Shown here piece after piece: positions 17,884 to 33,062 of a stretch of 64,000 bases of DNA. The DNA is taken from positions 334,924,001 through 334,988,000 of the forward strand of contig OZ024740.1 of assembly GCA_964016885.1 (NCBI GenBank). Direction: 5' to 3'. The first letter of the stretch is position 1. Every line of letters starts with the position of its first letter. Under the pieces are notes generated by a model. The model worked only from the letters and a program-made list of their open reading frames with translations. It had not been told where the DNA came from and made no database searches. This DNA comes from Eledone cirrhosa. Lineage: Eukaryota. The position numbers were made by a program, and so were the translations under genes.

Positions 17884-18066
17884 TTGTTTCTACTTTCGGC
17901 ACAAGGCCAGAAATTATCCAGTGCATTACTGGTACTTTATTTTATCGACCCCGTAAGGATGAAAGGCAAAGTTAACCTCGACAGGATTTGAACTCAGAAT
18001 GGCAAGGGCCGTAACTATGCTGGAAAACATGTCCGATCCTCTACCGATACTGCAAATTCACCGCCC
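17884..18066 (-). mobile_element. tRNA-derived SINE, same family
   Basis: High similarity to 46871-47059. Confidence 0.85.
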
Positions 18067-18728
18067 TAATAATACATAATTATCATACTTACTAGAAGAT
18101 AAAACGGTTAAAAATAATCTGTACCTTTCTTAGGTATAAACCTACTTCCTAGTAAAACCAAGTCATTTCACCACTCTTAGATAGGATACATCTCAGTATA
18201 CGGTAATACGCAAAACTCTAATTTTCGCAGATAGAAACCAACACTATCGTAAGATGTTAGGATTCCTAAATTATGTGTCCCCACAATTTACAAGACTAAT
18301 ATATCCATATGGTAGAATACGTTTGAAAGAAAATCTCAAATGAAACTTTTTAGTATTGAACATTCACATGAATCAAATTGTGATGCGTGTAATATTCTGA
18401 CATCAATTACCCAAGTGCAATGACTTCATGGCCGTGTTTTATTTGACTATCTGATAATCATCAATGTTACATCTATATTCGTTTTATAATAATGATAGTC
18501 ATTATAGCTGAAGTAATATAATAACATAAAGAGTCGATATTTTGAAGATTGTATAAGTGTATGCAATTACATTGTGTGATATTTGTAAATATTATTTTCT
18601 GAACAGAACTTGTGAAAATCAAAGTTATTTTCATGAAATTTCATTACATTCTGAAAGAAATTGGTGTTAATATAAGAACACATTCAACAATAGACATTAA
18701 TGAAAATATCTAAAAAAGCATAACAAGA

Positions 18729-18770
<42 letters not shown>

Positions 18771-18792
18771 TATGTGTGTATGTGTGTGTACG

Positions 18793-18825
<33 letters not shown>

Positions 18826-19786
18826 AGTTATGTTTATATGTGTATAGAATTATATTTTCTGTATATATATACTCACACACTCACACACACATACACAGCC
18901 ACTCACAAACACACATATATTTTATATATATTTTATATATATTTTATATACTTATTTATAAGGGGAATGAAAGGCAGTTGTTACTTTACAAAATGTATGT
19001 GTTTGTCTTAAAAATGTAATCGTTTTCTGCTTGTAGTCGTAGTTACAACATGTAAAATATGAATGCAATATGTTACATCACAATTACATATAAATGCTGC
19101 AGCATTCAAGACGATTACCACATGTGTACTGAATTTGCATACATCTTATTTCACACAGTAGACATAGATGTTTTAAGGTAGGTATAAAAGAGCGTATGTT
19201 TCTATGTATATATGTTTCTGTTTTTTAATATTTTTTTTGTTTAAGTGTTTTATGTTTATATGTTATTAAAATATATATTCACAATAGTTATTTATAGTTA
19301 TACATTTGTAAAGTTACGTCGTGTTCTATGGACACTAGTTTGCTTTCATTCACTTTTACAGAAAGATCCAGACAGACCACATTCACGTTATCTATTCAGC
19401 AATGATGCTCCTGATATTGCATGCCCCTAGTTGCGATTTAAGCAGGAGGGACAGAGCTACATTGTGGATAGTAATAATTTGCATATATACAAGGTGATAA
19501 TAATTCAATCGACATTAATGTAACTTCTATAAACTTTAATCTGGTGAAGATATGCATTTATGTACAATATGAAAATATGGTACTGTTAATGTTTCAGATG
19601 TAGGAATATACAAGGTTATCAAATGAAAGTAAAAATGGTATGCAACCCTTCATACTCTCGACTTAAATATGCAATTTGAATATGCGATTCAGCAGTTTCA
19701 GTATTAATGAAGCGTAAGCGTGTAACTATTTGATTCAGGAGATTTTTTATATGAAATATATACCTGGATAATCAATTTATAGCATG

Positions 19787-19873
<87 letters not shown>

Positions 19874-19946
19874 TTATTATGTAATAATCTGTTGCCTACA
19901 TAGAGCACTCTTTTTTCCTGGACTTTTCCGATGGAATTACTTCATT

Positions 19947-20205
<259 letters not shown>

Positions 20206-22534
20206 ATATGTATATATTTATATATATATATATATATATGTATATGTATATCTATATGTATATATATATGTATATATATATATAGGTGTGTGTGTGTATA
20301 ATATCTATATCTATATCTCTCTCTCTATATATATAATATATATATGTGTGTGTGTGTCTGCATGTAAGTATCTATGATTCGGGGATTTTAATATGTCTTT
20401 AGATATATATATATATGTTCATATGAATAGTGTATGACAATAGATTATATATTTATCTAATTATCTCGTCAAGGAATGGACTGGAACATTTCTGTCAGAT
20501 ATATCTGACTGTAGGTAAGAAATGAAAGAGAATGTTCCTTTATAATAGCAATAATAAGGAGATATTTAGCTGAGAGAGTGAAACATCATCATTTCAAGTG
20601 ATGTATTGATTAATCCGTAATTAGTGTATCAAGTTGCTTAAATTCAGTTGAGATAGGTGACAAAAACATAGTTTATTAATTAAGCATTCAGATAATTGGA
20701 AAGGGAGATGAATATCTAGTATATTATTTGGCTTTATAGATAGATACATGATTCGATTGGTCATGGGGCATTGCTGTACATATGTGTATATCTATGTACA
20801 CTGATAGATGAATATATACACTGATAAAGAGATGTTCAGGGAATGAACTAGCTGGGTACATACGTCAGACAAAGTTTCCAGCTGATGGTGTCCACACGTC
20901 AACACAATATGTTGTGTATATATATTTGAAAGAGAACAAAGTGGGTTGTTTTGAAGAACACTAAAATGATTGACTGATGTCTAGAAACAAAATTTCTGTG
21001 ACGACTTGGCATGGATTCATATACAGACAACTAGCTGTTTCCATAGACGGATATGTGAGGTGTTTATGTTGCTGTTGATTATTGATATATCAGGTTGTAA
21101 CGCCGACATAAATGTAGTCGTTGAAGGTGTTTATGTCATTTGTTATTAAGTAGGTTTTACTTCATTTGAGAGCACCCAGCGCAATGATACTTAACCTTAT
21201 TGAATTATTGTACAAGTCAAAGTGAAGGGTCTTGTATATGTTGCATTACCCCTCTAGTTTGTATTACCTATGTTATTTTCTACATAAACAAATATTGCAA
21301 TTTCCTTATCATTGAACTTAATATCTTAATTGATGCTGGTTCTATATTTTAATTCTATAGAGTGGGTGGCAGATGAGTGATTTAAGGATGCTGTTTTAGA
21401 CGGCTTTCTAGTTTATATGGATGTATTTGGTTATTCTGTATATAGAGCAGTTGTAACCAGTTGTGTTTACGTGCGGACACCATCAGCTGGTAACTTGGTC
21501 TGTCGTTTTCAGCAAGCTATGTATGATATAGATATATGTTGTATGTACATCTTCAGAGAAAAAAAACTCAAAGAAATTGAATTTCCCCTATGACCACACT
21601 TTTCAATGTTGTTTAAAAAGTTTACACAGCTATATCCCACTGCCTATACATAATGATATTCCTATATGACGTAATCTCCTGAAATAGTTTCATTGCGTTA
21701 ATTATATATGGGGCATACGGACGCATTCATTGAGTCTGTGTATTATTTTTACCTGTCTTTCTAAATATCAGCTAGTTACTGTATGCCCATTGTGTAGATT
21801 GGTGAATGTCTAAGCAGCAATATTAATATATCTGTAATAGAGAATTCTAAAAATTTGATAGATGACAACATAATTAGCCAAGAATAAAATGAGTAGGATA
21901 AGAAAAATATAAATATGTGAGATGTCGTTGAATCTGTTTAAGGATATTGGATGATATATAAATGATATATCACAACTGCTTCTGAGCAAATCAGTTTTCC
22001 GGCAAAATATTTCAACCGGATTAATTCAAAGTACTGTACAAATTGTTAATCATACGCACCATATGTACACGACCAAATACGCGCAAATAAATGCACTCGC
22101 ACACAAACACACACACACATGCACACACGCACACACACGTACACACTCATACACACACATATAAATATATATGTGTGTGTCTCTGTGTGTATGTGTATGT
22201 ATATGAGTATGTGTTTCGTTGTGTGAGTATATGTAAGTGTATGCATTTGTATAAACACCCACAAAGTTAATTACATTATTATTGGATCAAAATCAATATT
22301 AACAAAGAACCCGCTTAAAATAAGGAACTTACTGTCATGGACAAGATATATTGACATTTCTTCAACTTGTATACGCAAAATTTTAAATACACCACATTCA
22401 CGCAAACACATACATATATATGTGTGTATGTATATGTATAAATAAATAAATAAATATACATAGATATATGTATATAAATATATATGTATAAACTTATATT
22501 TATATATATATATACACACACATGCACACACTCA

Positions 22535-22603
<69 letters not shown>

Positions 22604-22710
22604 GGAACGAGTAGGACCCCGACGGCTAATTCTGGACCCACTCTACTACACTAAGTATTGAGTACTTTGGTGCGTTATGGTCCACCTGGTTCCTTACCAC
22701 ATTTCCTCCG

Positions 22711-22763
<53 letters not shown>

Positions 22764-24014
22764 CATTTGACTATATATCATGTAATATTACAGTTATAAA
22801 TAAAAAGTCTGTTGATCAATTATCATAATCACAGTATTACATCATCCATACAATATTTCATAAAACTTTCAGATAAAGTCTGAAAAAATCTACTCTTTTT
22901 AGAGTTACACTACTTTTATTATACATTACTTTCTGAAATAATGGTGGCTTATAAGGATAAGAATGATTTTTTGGCGATATGTTTAACTATAATTTTCCAA
23001 GAATGTAGGCAGATATTTGCGTTATGTAATTACTAACAGAAATTCATGAATTCACCCGTCATAAAATATACACTCGCTTATATATAAAGATATACACATA
23101 CGTGTTTACATATGCACACACAGATATACGTATCTCCAAGCACGCAGAAACACATACACACATACTCACACACCCACATATACTCACACACCCACACACC
23201 CACATACACACACATATATATATAGTATGTGTGTATGTGTTTCTGCGTGCTTGGAGATACGTATATATGTGTGTGTGTGTGAGTGTGTGCGTGTGTGTGT
23301 GTGTATGTGTGTACAATACAATGGTAAATTTATTGCGTTACATAATGACAAGTAATTTACTCGATTATATCAAGAAGCTTTCACAATATAACAATAGCGA
23401 ATACCATTTGGTTCGTAATTGTGGTGAGATATTACAGGATCTTTAAAAAATGGTAAATATGTTTTAAAATCTTAGAGTTAAAACGAGACTCATTATGCAT
23501 ATATTTGAGAATTCGTTACATTATTGTGCAGGTAGCGATATTTGACTGAAGCAAAGATACTTATTATTAAAAGTTTTTAATTATTTTCAGAAATATTTGA
23601 ATAATTTAAATAGCACAAGACTTCTTTATGAAACAAATGGTTATGTATCATTCTATAAAGACACACATCGACTAAAATATATATGCATATATATATAGCA
23701 GAACTGAGTAGTCGGCACGTCAATATGCGAAAAACCTTCAGAGTCTGTGTGCTTTATTATCAGCAGTTTGTGACCAAGATTTTCGTGTGTTCAGAATCAT
23801 ATTCTCATCACACTAAAGACAAATAAATTCTAAACTACACATATATAGAAAATGTGAAAGATTCATGGAGGGATAAAGATCAAAGTTCTGTACACATATT
23901 GTTTCAGTGTCGTGCATAATATCAATATGATCTAATTGAATTAATCCGAAAATATATATACATACATACACACGCGCACACGCGCGCGCACACACACACA
24001 CACAAACACACACA

Positions 24015-24149
<135 letters not shown>

Positions 24150-24256
24150 TTATATACATATATACAGATATATACATATATATATTCAGATATACACATA
24201 CACATATTTATATATACACATACACACATATATATGTATGTATATATATATATATT

Positions 24257-24353
<97 letters not shown>

Positions 24354-24889
24354 GCGTGTGTGTGTGTGTGTACAAATATAAATATATATATGGGAGTTAT
24401 CGTGCGTGTGGAGTTTTTAATTAATTGTACACAATTGTAGAGAATATTGTTATCACAACTCAGCTGGTATGTTTGCTCTAATTAGTTTTAATTTTGTGTT
24501 TCCTCTTCTGTCGAATGTCTAAAATGCATGGTTCTGTTTTGTCAAATAAATTTCAACCTCTCTCACATTTTCTGGTTTTTATGTTTTATCCATATTCAAT
24601 AGAGGTCTTGTTTGTTGTGCTTCCAAGATTTTTTTTATTCTATGTTTAAGCTTATTAATCACGTGAATCGTCTTTTACTGTTGTAAAGAGAATTCGTTTT
24701 CTATGGATGTCTTTCCTGAAACGTATGTCTTATGGTCCTATCTCTCTCCTTGTTTTCCTGATAGGGATACTCTTAATCGTGCCAAATCTTCTGCCAATTA
24801 TCTGCTGACTTCAAGAGCAGCATTGCATTAGTTATTTAGTGGAGTTTCCAACAAACTATAAATATGCATTTACATACAAACACGCACGC

Positions 24890-25020
<131 letters not shown>

Positions 25021-25049
25021 AGGAGCGAGACATAAAGAGAGAAAGAGAG

Positions 25050-25436
25050 AGAATAAGAAAATGCAAAGTTGTTTCAGATGTTAAAGTCCTTTCTTGATAC
25101 ATATTAATACATTTCATATATAATTCAATGACGACTGTGTCCAGGCGAGTCTGCGTACCCAGTGCGATGATCTCATCAGAGAGCTTCTTACACACTTAGG
25201 TTACGTTCTCGAAATAATCCAAATTAAAACGACAAGGGTACGGACAAAGATGATGTTCTTGAAGCCTTCGCCCGTTCCCTTGTCTTATTATTCTCTTCTT
25301 ATGTAAGAAGCTCTCTGATCAGATCATGGCACTGGGTACGCGGAATCACGTGGCCACTGTCATCAATGAATTATATATCAAAGCCTTATCAACAAATGAC
25401 TTTAACATCTGAAACTACTTCACATTTTCTTATTCT
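25050..25436. repeat. Imperfect inverted repeat, ~140-bp arms, between microsatellites
   Basis: 25050-25192 versus 25302-25436 are reverse-complementary with moderate divergence. Confidence 0.75.
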
Positions 25437-25518
25437 AAATATACTCCTTCATTCCTACTTGGAGAAAATACGTTGAATGTTGAATGCTTGAATTGAACTG
25501 CATAAATATTTACCCTAA

Positions 25519-25585
<67 letters not shown>

Positions 25586-27279
25586 CACACCACTTAATGG
25601 AAACTAATATAAAACTCAGTATTTCGCTAAAAACAGTATATTATTTGGAAATATACCTAACAGTTCAAACGAAAAAATATAATGCATATTTTCTTTCACT
25701 AACAATTCAAGGGCATGAACAATTTAATACCTTCCGAATATATTTACTGAAGGTGTCCATGTAACTTTTCCAGGGGATTGTTTGGTTACAATTAATAAAT
25801 ATTACATTCTGAGAAATATTTGATTATGTTTCGGACGGGATTTGTATATCGATATTGAATGTAATATTCGCGAACCAGTTATAAGTCGAACAAGATTTGA
25901 AATATATACCATCTGAAGCATGTAAGGGATCTTATGCATATTTACTGGTATATGAGGACATATATTATTTGGATACCTATCACTAAATCAGAATAGTCTT
26001 TCAAAGATCACGTATCTTAGATTTTTAATTGTTTGCGGCTTAGAAATGCATTGATATTATAAATGCATTGAAATGCGTTTATTTACTTAATGTTAAATCA
26101 TTTATTTCCTCGTAAATCATTTAAGGTGGGTGATAACATATTTATTGTATCCAAATAGAGTTACAACGTCATTTCGTAGTGTCAGATTCTTAATTGATTT
26201 GATAAAGATCTCTAGATTTGATACTCTTTAATACCAACAATTTATTATATTTCCTCATGATGTTTCTATTATTTTCCTTTCATTTTATTCACTTGTTTAT
26301 TTCCTTACTCAATATCATTAAGAATTCAAATAAATTCCTTTCATTTTACATTTTGGATGATACAGATGAGATGCTTAATCTGGTTGACACCTTCTGAATT
26401 AAAATGTCTGCTGTATGATTTACTTCTTATACACTTTGTATATTCATGTATATATCACTTTTCAGCTTAAGGGTTTATTTGTATATTATTAAGCTTTGTT
26501 TCCAGATGTTCGTTCGTTTATTGCTTAGGAATATTTTAGATCTTGACTCTTTGTTGCTGAAACTATTTTCATCTGATTTCACTTATATTATTGTAATATT
26601 AAGACAATTTCTCTCATACATATTCCTTATGTTCACCAATATTCATTTAGCAGCCTATGTGTGGTGATATAAATTCAATACGGAATTTAGCAGTATCATA
26701 TATGTATAACTGGCAATTCTTTTTATTTGTTTTCTTAGTGTATACTTTCTACAATATATTATCTAAATATTGACAAGTAATATCATTCGTATGATAAAGC
26801 TATGTTATTTTGCAAAATTGATTAGTTCATATTACTTCTGTAAATAGATATGTTTCTATAGCTGATATGTTCATGGGGACCCACAGATTTATGCAGACCA
26901 AAGCGGAATATGATTGTGGTTTGGATATGTATTCTTTTCACATTTATTTATAGTGGTGTATTTCGTTTATGTGCACAGGAGAATAGGTTCCGTCTTCCTT
27001 TTATATACTGAATTATTCGTTTCTGTAAATTGTATACACGAAAATAAGTATTGTCTTTTGAAATCAGGATTGAAATATAAAATTTTCTTTTGTTTCAGTA
27101 GCATAGTTTGTTTTGCACTTGATTTTTGTCAAGGGGGTTTGTCAAATATACGACGAGTATGTTTAAAATGAAACTAGGATGCAATAAGTTGTTCATGTAG
27201 AATAGCACTATGTATTGGTTGCATTCAACAAAGTGGAACAAATTCAAAATGCTAATGATCAACTTTACAACACATCCTA

Positions 27280-27347
<68 letters not shown>

Positions 27348-27703
27348 TTTATAGCAGCAGCAGCAGTAGTGGCAGTAGTAGCAACAGCAGTAGTTATAAT
27401 AGTAGCAGCAGCAGTAATAGGAACAGCAGTAGTTGTGGCGGCAGTAGTAGGAACAATAAACACTTTTAAAAACTGGCAGAATTGTAAAATTTGAATCCTA
27501 ATTTCTAAGTCAAGTAGTACTAAAAAAATACGAATTTACCACACATACATGAACAAGAATTAGTCGTTGATATTCCTTCCAGCAGTAAAGACCACACTGG
27601 CAACGGATTAGAAATATTTAGAGAATCAGCAGAATGAAAAATGTGTATGAATATATCTCATTGTGTGTTATATATTATAACCATACACTTATACACACAA
27701 ACC

Positions 27704-27771
<68 letters not shown>

Positions 27772-28086
27772 TATACACAGCGAGGTGTTATAATGGCCTA
27801 AAACCATTCGAATATATCCCTATCCAGCAACTAAATGACCGATGATGAGGGAAATAAATAAAACACCAGTACTGCATAAGTACCAAATACTTTGTCTTGT
27901 AACCAACACTTTTCAACCTTATATAGTTGTCTTGGCCAGGCTTTGACGAGACTCATCTCTCTCGTAAAACATACATATCCACCAACTGACTCTACTAAAG
28001 CGATAGACCACTCATATATGGGGATCAACTGGAGATTTCATCACACACACACCAACACCAACACCCAAGTATATATATACACACAC

Positions 28087-28153
<67 letters not shown>

Positions 28154-28240
28154 ATATATATATACATACACACTAACATATATATATACATATATATACA
28201 TACATATATATGTATATATACATACATACATATATATATA

Positions 28241-28280
<40 letters not shown>

Positions 28281-28315
28281 CATATATATATATATACACA
28301 TATGTATATATACAC

Positions 28316-28379
<64 letters not shown>

Positions 28380-28391
28380 GTATATATACAC

Positions 28392-28489
<98 letters not shown>

Positions 28490-28805
28490 TTAACACCAGT
28501 TTTTATCAGGGGGATTCATCTGCATTCTATATACATATTATTCACATAAACATTATTATAAAATTAAAAATTAAAACATACATTGCTTAAATTCAGAATT
28601 TTTTTCATATCTTTTTCAATAGCAAATTATTATTCTTATTATGGTCATTATTATCATATTTTGAATTAATATTAATATTTATATAAACTATACCCCCCTC
28701 CCCCATTTTACAACTTATGCCTGAAACGTTAATACTATTCTGGAGGAAACATCGGGATGTGTATAATAATATATTTATATGAATATTTATGAATACACAC
28801 ACATG

Positions 28806-28847
<42 letters not shown>

Positions 28848-30104
28848 GTATACTTACAACTACAGTCGCATACTATACATACAAGCCTGTTAGTCATAAT
28901 ATTTAAAACATTACTTAATAGGGTAATTACATGTACTAACTACTCAGTGTATTTAAAATTACGTTTACTCTGAGGACGGTTTTTATTTACATTTAAAATT
29001 TGCTTATAATGGTCGTATTTTTTTCACGCTTGTCAATTATTATCAACGATGATTAAGTTTAAGATTATTTAATTGATCAAAATTATTGTTATTCACGTTA
29101 GGTAAAGCGGATGCTAAGAATGATTGAGTCAGAGGGGATGATGATGTTGATAAGTTTGCGAATATGATGATCATGGTAGTGGGCATGGCTAATTAGATAT
29201 ATATGAAGAGGACCACCGTAATGATCTTGTGTGTAAGTTGATCATCATCATTATAGGGATTATGATTAAATTAGTGGTCATCGTCAAGTTTAAAGATATA
29301 TATATGAAGAAATCGTGATTTTCATCAATATTGCTTTTGATATAAGCCTCATATCTAACTATGAATCCTTTTTCAATAACTTCGAAGTTGTTGTACGACA
29401 CATGGTTTCGACAAATTAAGATGCATTGTCTGGATACGTAACCTTCCACTATGCTCGTTTCGTCACTCACAGCATTAGGTAGCATTTAATTTTATTCAGA
29501 CTTAATTTAGATCATTGAGGTAATTGAGAAGTATGAAAGCCATCGTAGATCAGACTTCATTTGGACGAGAATATTAATTTCAGATACATGAATAAGCATT
29601 TATCAATATACTTCAGTAAACGACTTTATTAGCTACTTCACCTGTAACAAGAGAGGCAGCACATAACTTATTTAAGCAATGAAGCTAAAGAAACTTTAGT
29701 TAATATTTTGTAAACATCAAATAAATATAAAAATGTATTTAATATACAATATTCAAGAATTAGCACCATGTACACTTAAAAATGTGTTAATTAATTCATG
29801 TATTTTTGTTCCAGCCGAGGGGCTGATGCATTGCCACCGTGTTTTATATTAAAACATCTTAATAGCAATTACGTTCATAGCATTGAAGTGCGTGTTTTTA
29901 TTATCGGAGTTACAGACATGCCTGTTTTATAATGTTGAATGTAAAATTCAGGAATTCTTTTCCAGGTCTAAGTTTGACAGTCAAAATATTTCCAAAATAT
30001 TTGCCCTTTTCACTGTATTTGAATGCATATAAATATAAATGAAGTGCAATTAAATAGAATGAAGAATGAAGAACACAGTGTGTATCCAATGAAAAGTAAT
30101 ATAA

Positions 30105-31289
30105 CACCGTGTAACAAAAAAAAAATTATTTCTCTGTTCCTGGCTTGTAATCACTTTTTTGTGTTGCTTAGGTCCCAAATAAATAAAAAAAAGTGCTATT
30201 AAGCAGTTAAAAGTTTGGGTTTGTAAAATTCTAAGCTATTCACTAGAATTATTTGTATGGTGGATTTTACGTTGTATGTAAGTTTAATTTCCTTATGTTA
30301 AATAATTTTTTTATATATGTTTTAGGTTAAATTAAAATTATAAAATAAAGAGTAATACCTAAAGAAAATTATAAAAGTGCAATAAAGTATAAAATTGTTA
30401 AAAACTGGATTAAAGAGATTTATTGATACTGGATTTTCGCACCCTGAATAAAGGGTAAGTTGTGTTTTAAGCATTTGTCTCCAGGATGAAGCAGTGGAAC
30501 TTGGTCAAGGAGGAAGTGCAGGTGACAAGTCTGAGAAGTCGACACCAAACTTTCTCAGGTTTTTACACTCTTAGGGATAGCCTCTGCTTCTGCCATGACG
30601 TGCCTGGACTGTTTGACGTTATTGGGTGCCGTTTGTGCCCAATGAGTGGCGGCTATTCATAGACAGCTCCACCACAAGTTTGAAGGCTGTTAAGGGCTTC
30701 CTGGGCAACTACAGAGCTGAAAACTACCAGCAACTGGTGCAGGATCTAATAAAGGCTTTTGGCGCCATGTGATGCAGGATGTCGCTTAAACTCCATATTC
30801 TGGACGCTCACCTGGAAAAATTCAAGGACAATATGGGCGCCTACTCAGAAGAACAAGGCGAACGGTTCCATCAAGATGTGAAAGAGATAGAGCGGAGGTA
30901 CCAGGGCCACTATAATTACAAAATGATAGGGGACTATATCTGGGGGCTAGTGCGGGAATGCGACCTGGACTACAACCGCAAATCCAGGAAATCCAGTCGT
31001 TTCTGACGTCTATAAGTTGCTTTATAAGTGTTATTTGGTTTACTTGTTTGCTTTTGAGAAGCTTGTGTAATAAAACAAAATATATACTCTGTTGATTTAA
31101 TTATATGAACTGATAATATTTTTTTTTAAATATGTGTTTTCTTGAAAAATATGAAAATTTCGAAATATGAAACTGCTGACAACAAACCCAAACTTCTGAT
31201 TAAATATTAGTATTTTCCTAGAATAATGGGATATACCAAACCAGGAAATAACATTTAGAACCGGGGAACAATAGAAATGTTACACGGTG
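30105..31289 (+). mobile_element. Internally deleted DNA transposon, probably Chapaev (CMC) type
   Basis: Terminal inverted repeats CACCGTGTAACA / TGTTACACGGTG. Internal remnants EWRLFIDSSTTSLKAV (~30643-30690) fused to KGFLGNYRAENY...MSLKLHILDAHLEKFKDNMGAYSEEQGERFHQD...RYQG (to 31006), with an in-frame stop. The Chapaev assignment is from recalled motifs and CAC...GTG ends; TSD is not clean. Confidence 0.8.
30779..31006 (+). pseudogene. C-terminal transposase fragment (GERFHQD motif)
   Basis: ORF-track peptide MSLKLHILDAHLEKF...GERFHQDVKEIERRYQG; upstream frame interrupted by TGA and a deletion. Confidence 0.8.
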
Positions 31290-31601
31290 AATCAGAGGCA
31301 ATTAAAAACGAACTCGCTAAATAAATTTATTAAACAACTTAAATATATATCAAAGAAAAAGTATCATATAAACATTATTATAGAATGTGTTTCTCACGCC
31401 AAATTAACTTCTAAGATATTAAAGGACTGATAGATTAATTCGGTGTGTTCCACAATCAACATTCTAGCAATTGTATGAAATGTTCCTTACTCATTCATAT
31501 CTTATAAAAAATGATCAAAAACAAACAGAAAAATAAAACATTATATAGTTTATAAATACTATTCTCTGAAGTACCGTAGAATGTATATATGGTGGCTTCG
31601 A

Positions 31602-31654
<53 letters not shown>

Positions 31655-32726
31655 TTATCAACTAATTTCATAGGGAGAAAAAGCAAATTTTACACATAAT
31701 ACTAACTATATTGAAATTTAATGTGTTGAATCTATTTTAGCAACATATAATGTGTATGTAGAGATGGATATGGTAGTGAAATACACTCAATACTCAGCAT
31801 TCTCTCAGATAAATACATAAAGTAAATATAATTTATGTCTAAGCGGAAACATAATTTCAGAGTTAATTACGCCAGGATGACCCATGTATATATATATATA
31901 TATATATACATTTATTTATGTTTTGTGGTTCTCCAATGGGTAGAACTGGCCATTCCGTTTAGTAACCATGATGTAACCGTAAGTACTCTACGTTATGCAA
32001 CTTGTCCCCCGTAGATGTTGAATCCCGTGGCTGGTACGGAGTGAAATGTTTTTTTTTTTATTAAAGCAACATAGGGCTGGAATGGAAATATCCCTTTAAA
32101 GTTTTAATGTTGCATGATATCATCAGGTGCGGATTGCATAATATCTTACTCAGTTAAAGAAATTACGGCAAAAACAGATGGCCCGCGGATTTGGTGTTAT
32201 TGCTGCGGCAGAGCATTTCCGAATATGCATTGACGTGTGTGTTATTCGGAGAAATATATATATAGTGTTTTTGGCAACATTAATCGTTTAAAGGGATATT
32301 TCCATCCCGGTCGTCCATTGATTGAAATACTTTATCTATATTATTCACACACATAATCAACTCGATGGAAATAAGATGGAAGCCAGAAGGTAATTAAGTA
32401 TTGTTACGAAACAATCGGCAACTGTGCTCCTATCAACGCCTGCTATTTTCTTGTATGAATATAATTATTTAATCACTTTGAGAACTGAATACAAAGATGT
32501 TAATAAGATTATCCGTAAAGTATATGACAAATACTTACTAAACCTTTATATCACGTTATTCTCTTTTTTTTACTTGGGCGCCATGAATATTAGGGAGAAA
32601 TTAGGTATAGAAATATATATTGTCATTTAACGATATGAAACAGGAAGTCTAGTTGAAATTAGCTAAAAATTATATTCACATCACTATAGGTATTTAATAT
32701 AAGATTTCGTAAGTATTTACTAATAA

Positions 32727-33062
32727 TGGTTTCTGCTTTAGGCACAAGGCCAGCAATTACCCAGTACATTACTGGTACTTTATTTTATCGACCCCGTAAG
32801 GATGAAAGGCAAAGTTAACCTCGGCGGGATTTGAACTCAGACTGTAAAGGGACGTAACTATGCTAGAAAGCATGGCGTCCAACCCTCTACTGATACTGCC
32901 AATTCACCCACCATTTTAGTATTCAAGTATTTACTAATAACTGTTCCTACTTTAGGCACAAGGCCAGCAATTACCCAGTGCATTACTGGTACTTTATTTT
33001 ATCGACCCTGTAAGGATGAAAGGCAAGTCAACCTCGGTGGGATGTTAACTCAGATCGTAAAG
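32727..33062 (-). mobile_element. Two tandem SINE copies (32727-32912 full, 32941-33062 truncated)
   Basis: Family consensus twice; AAGTATTTACTAATAA-like sequence repeated at each junction. Confidence 0.85.
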
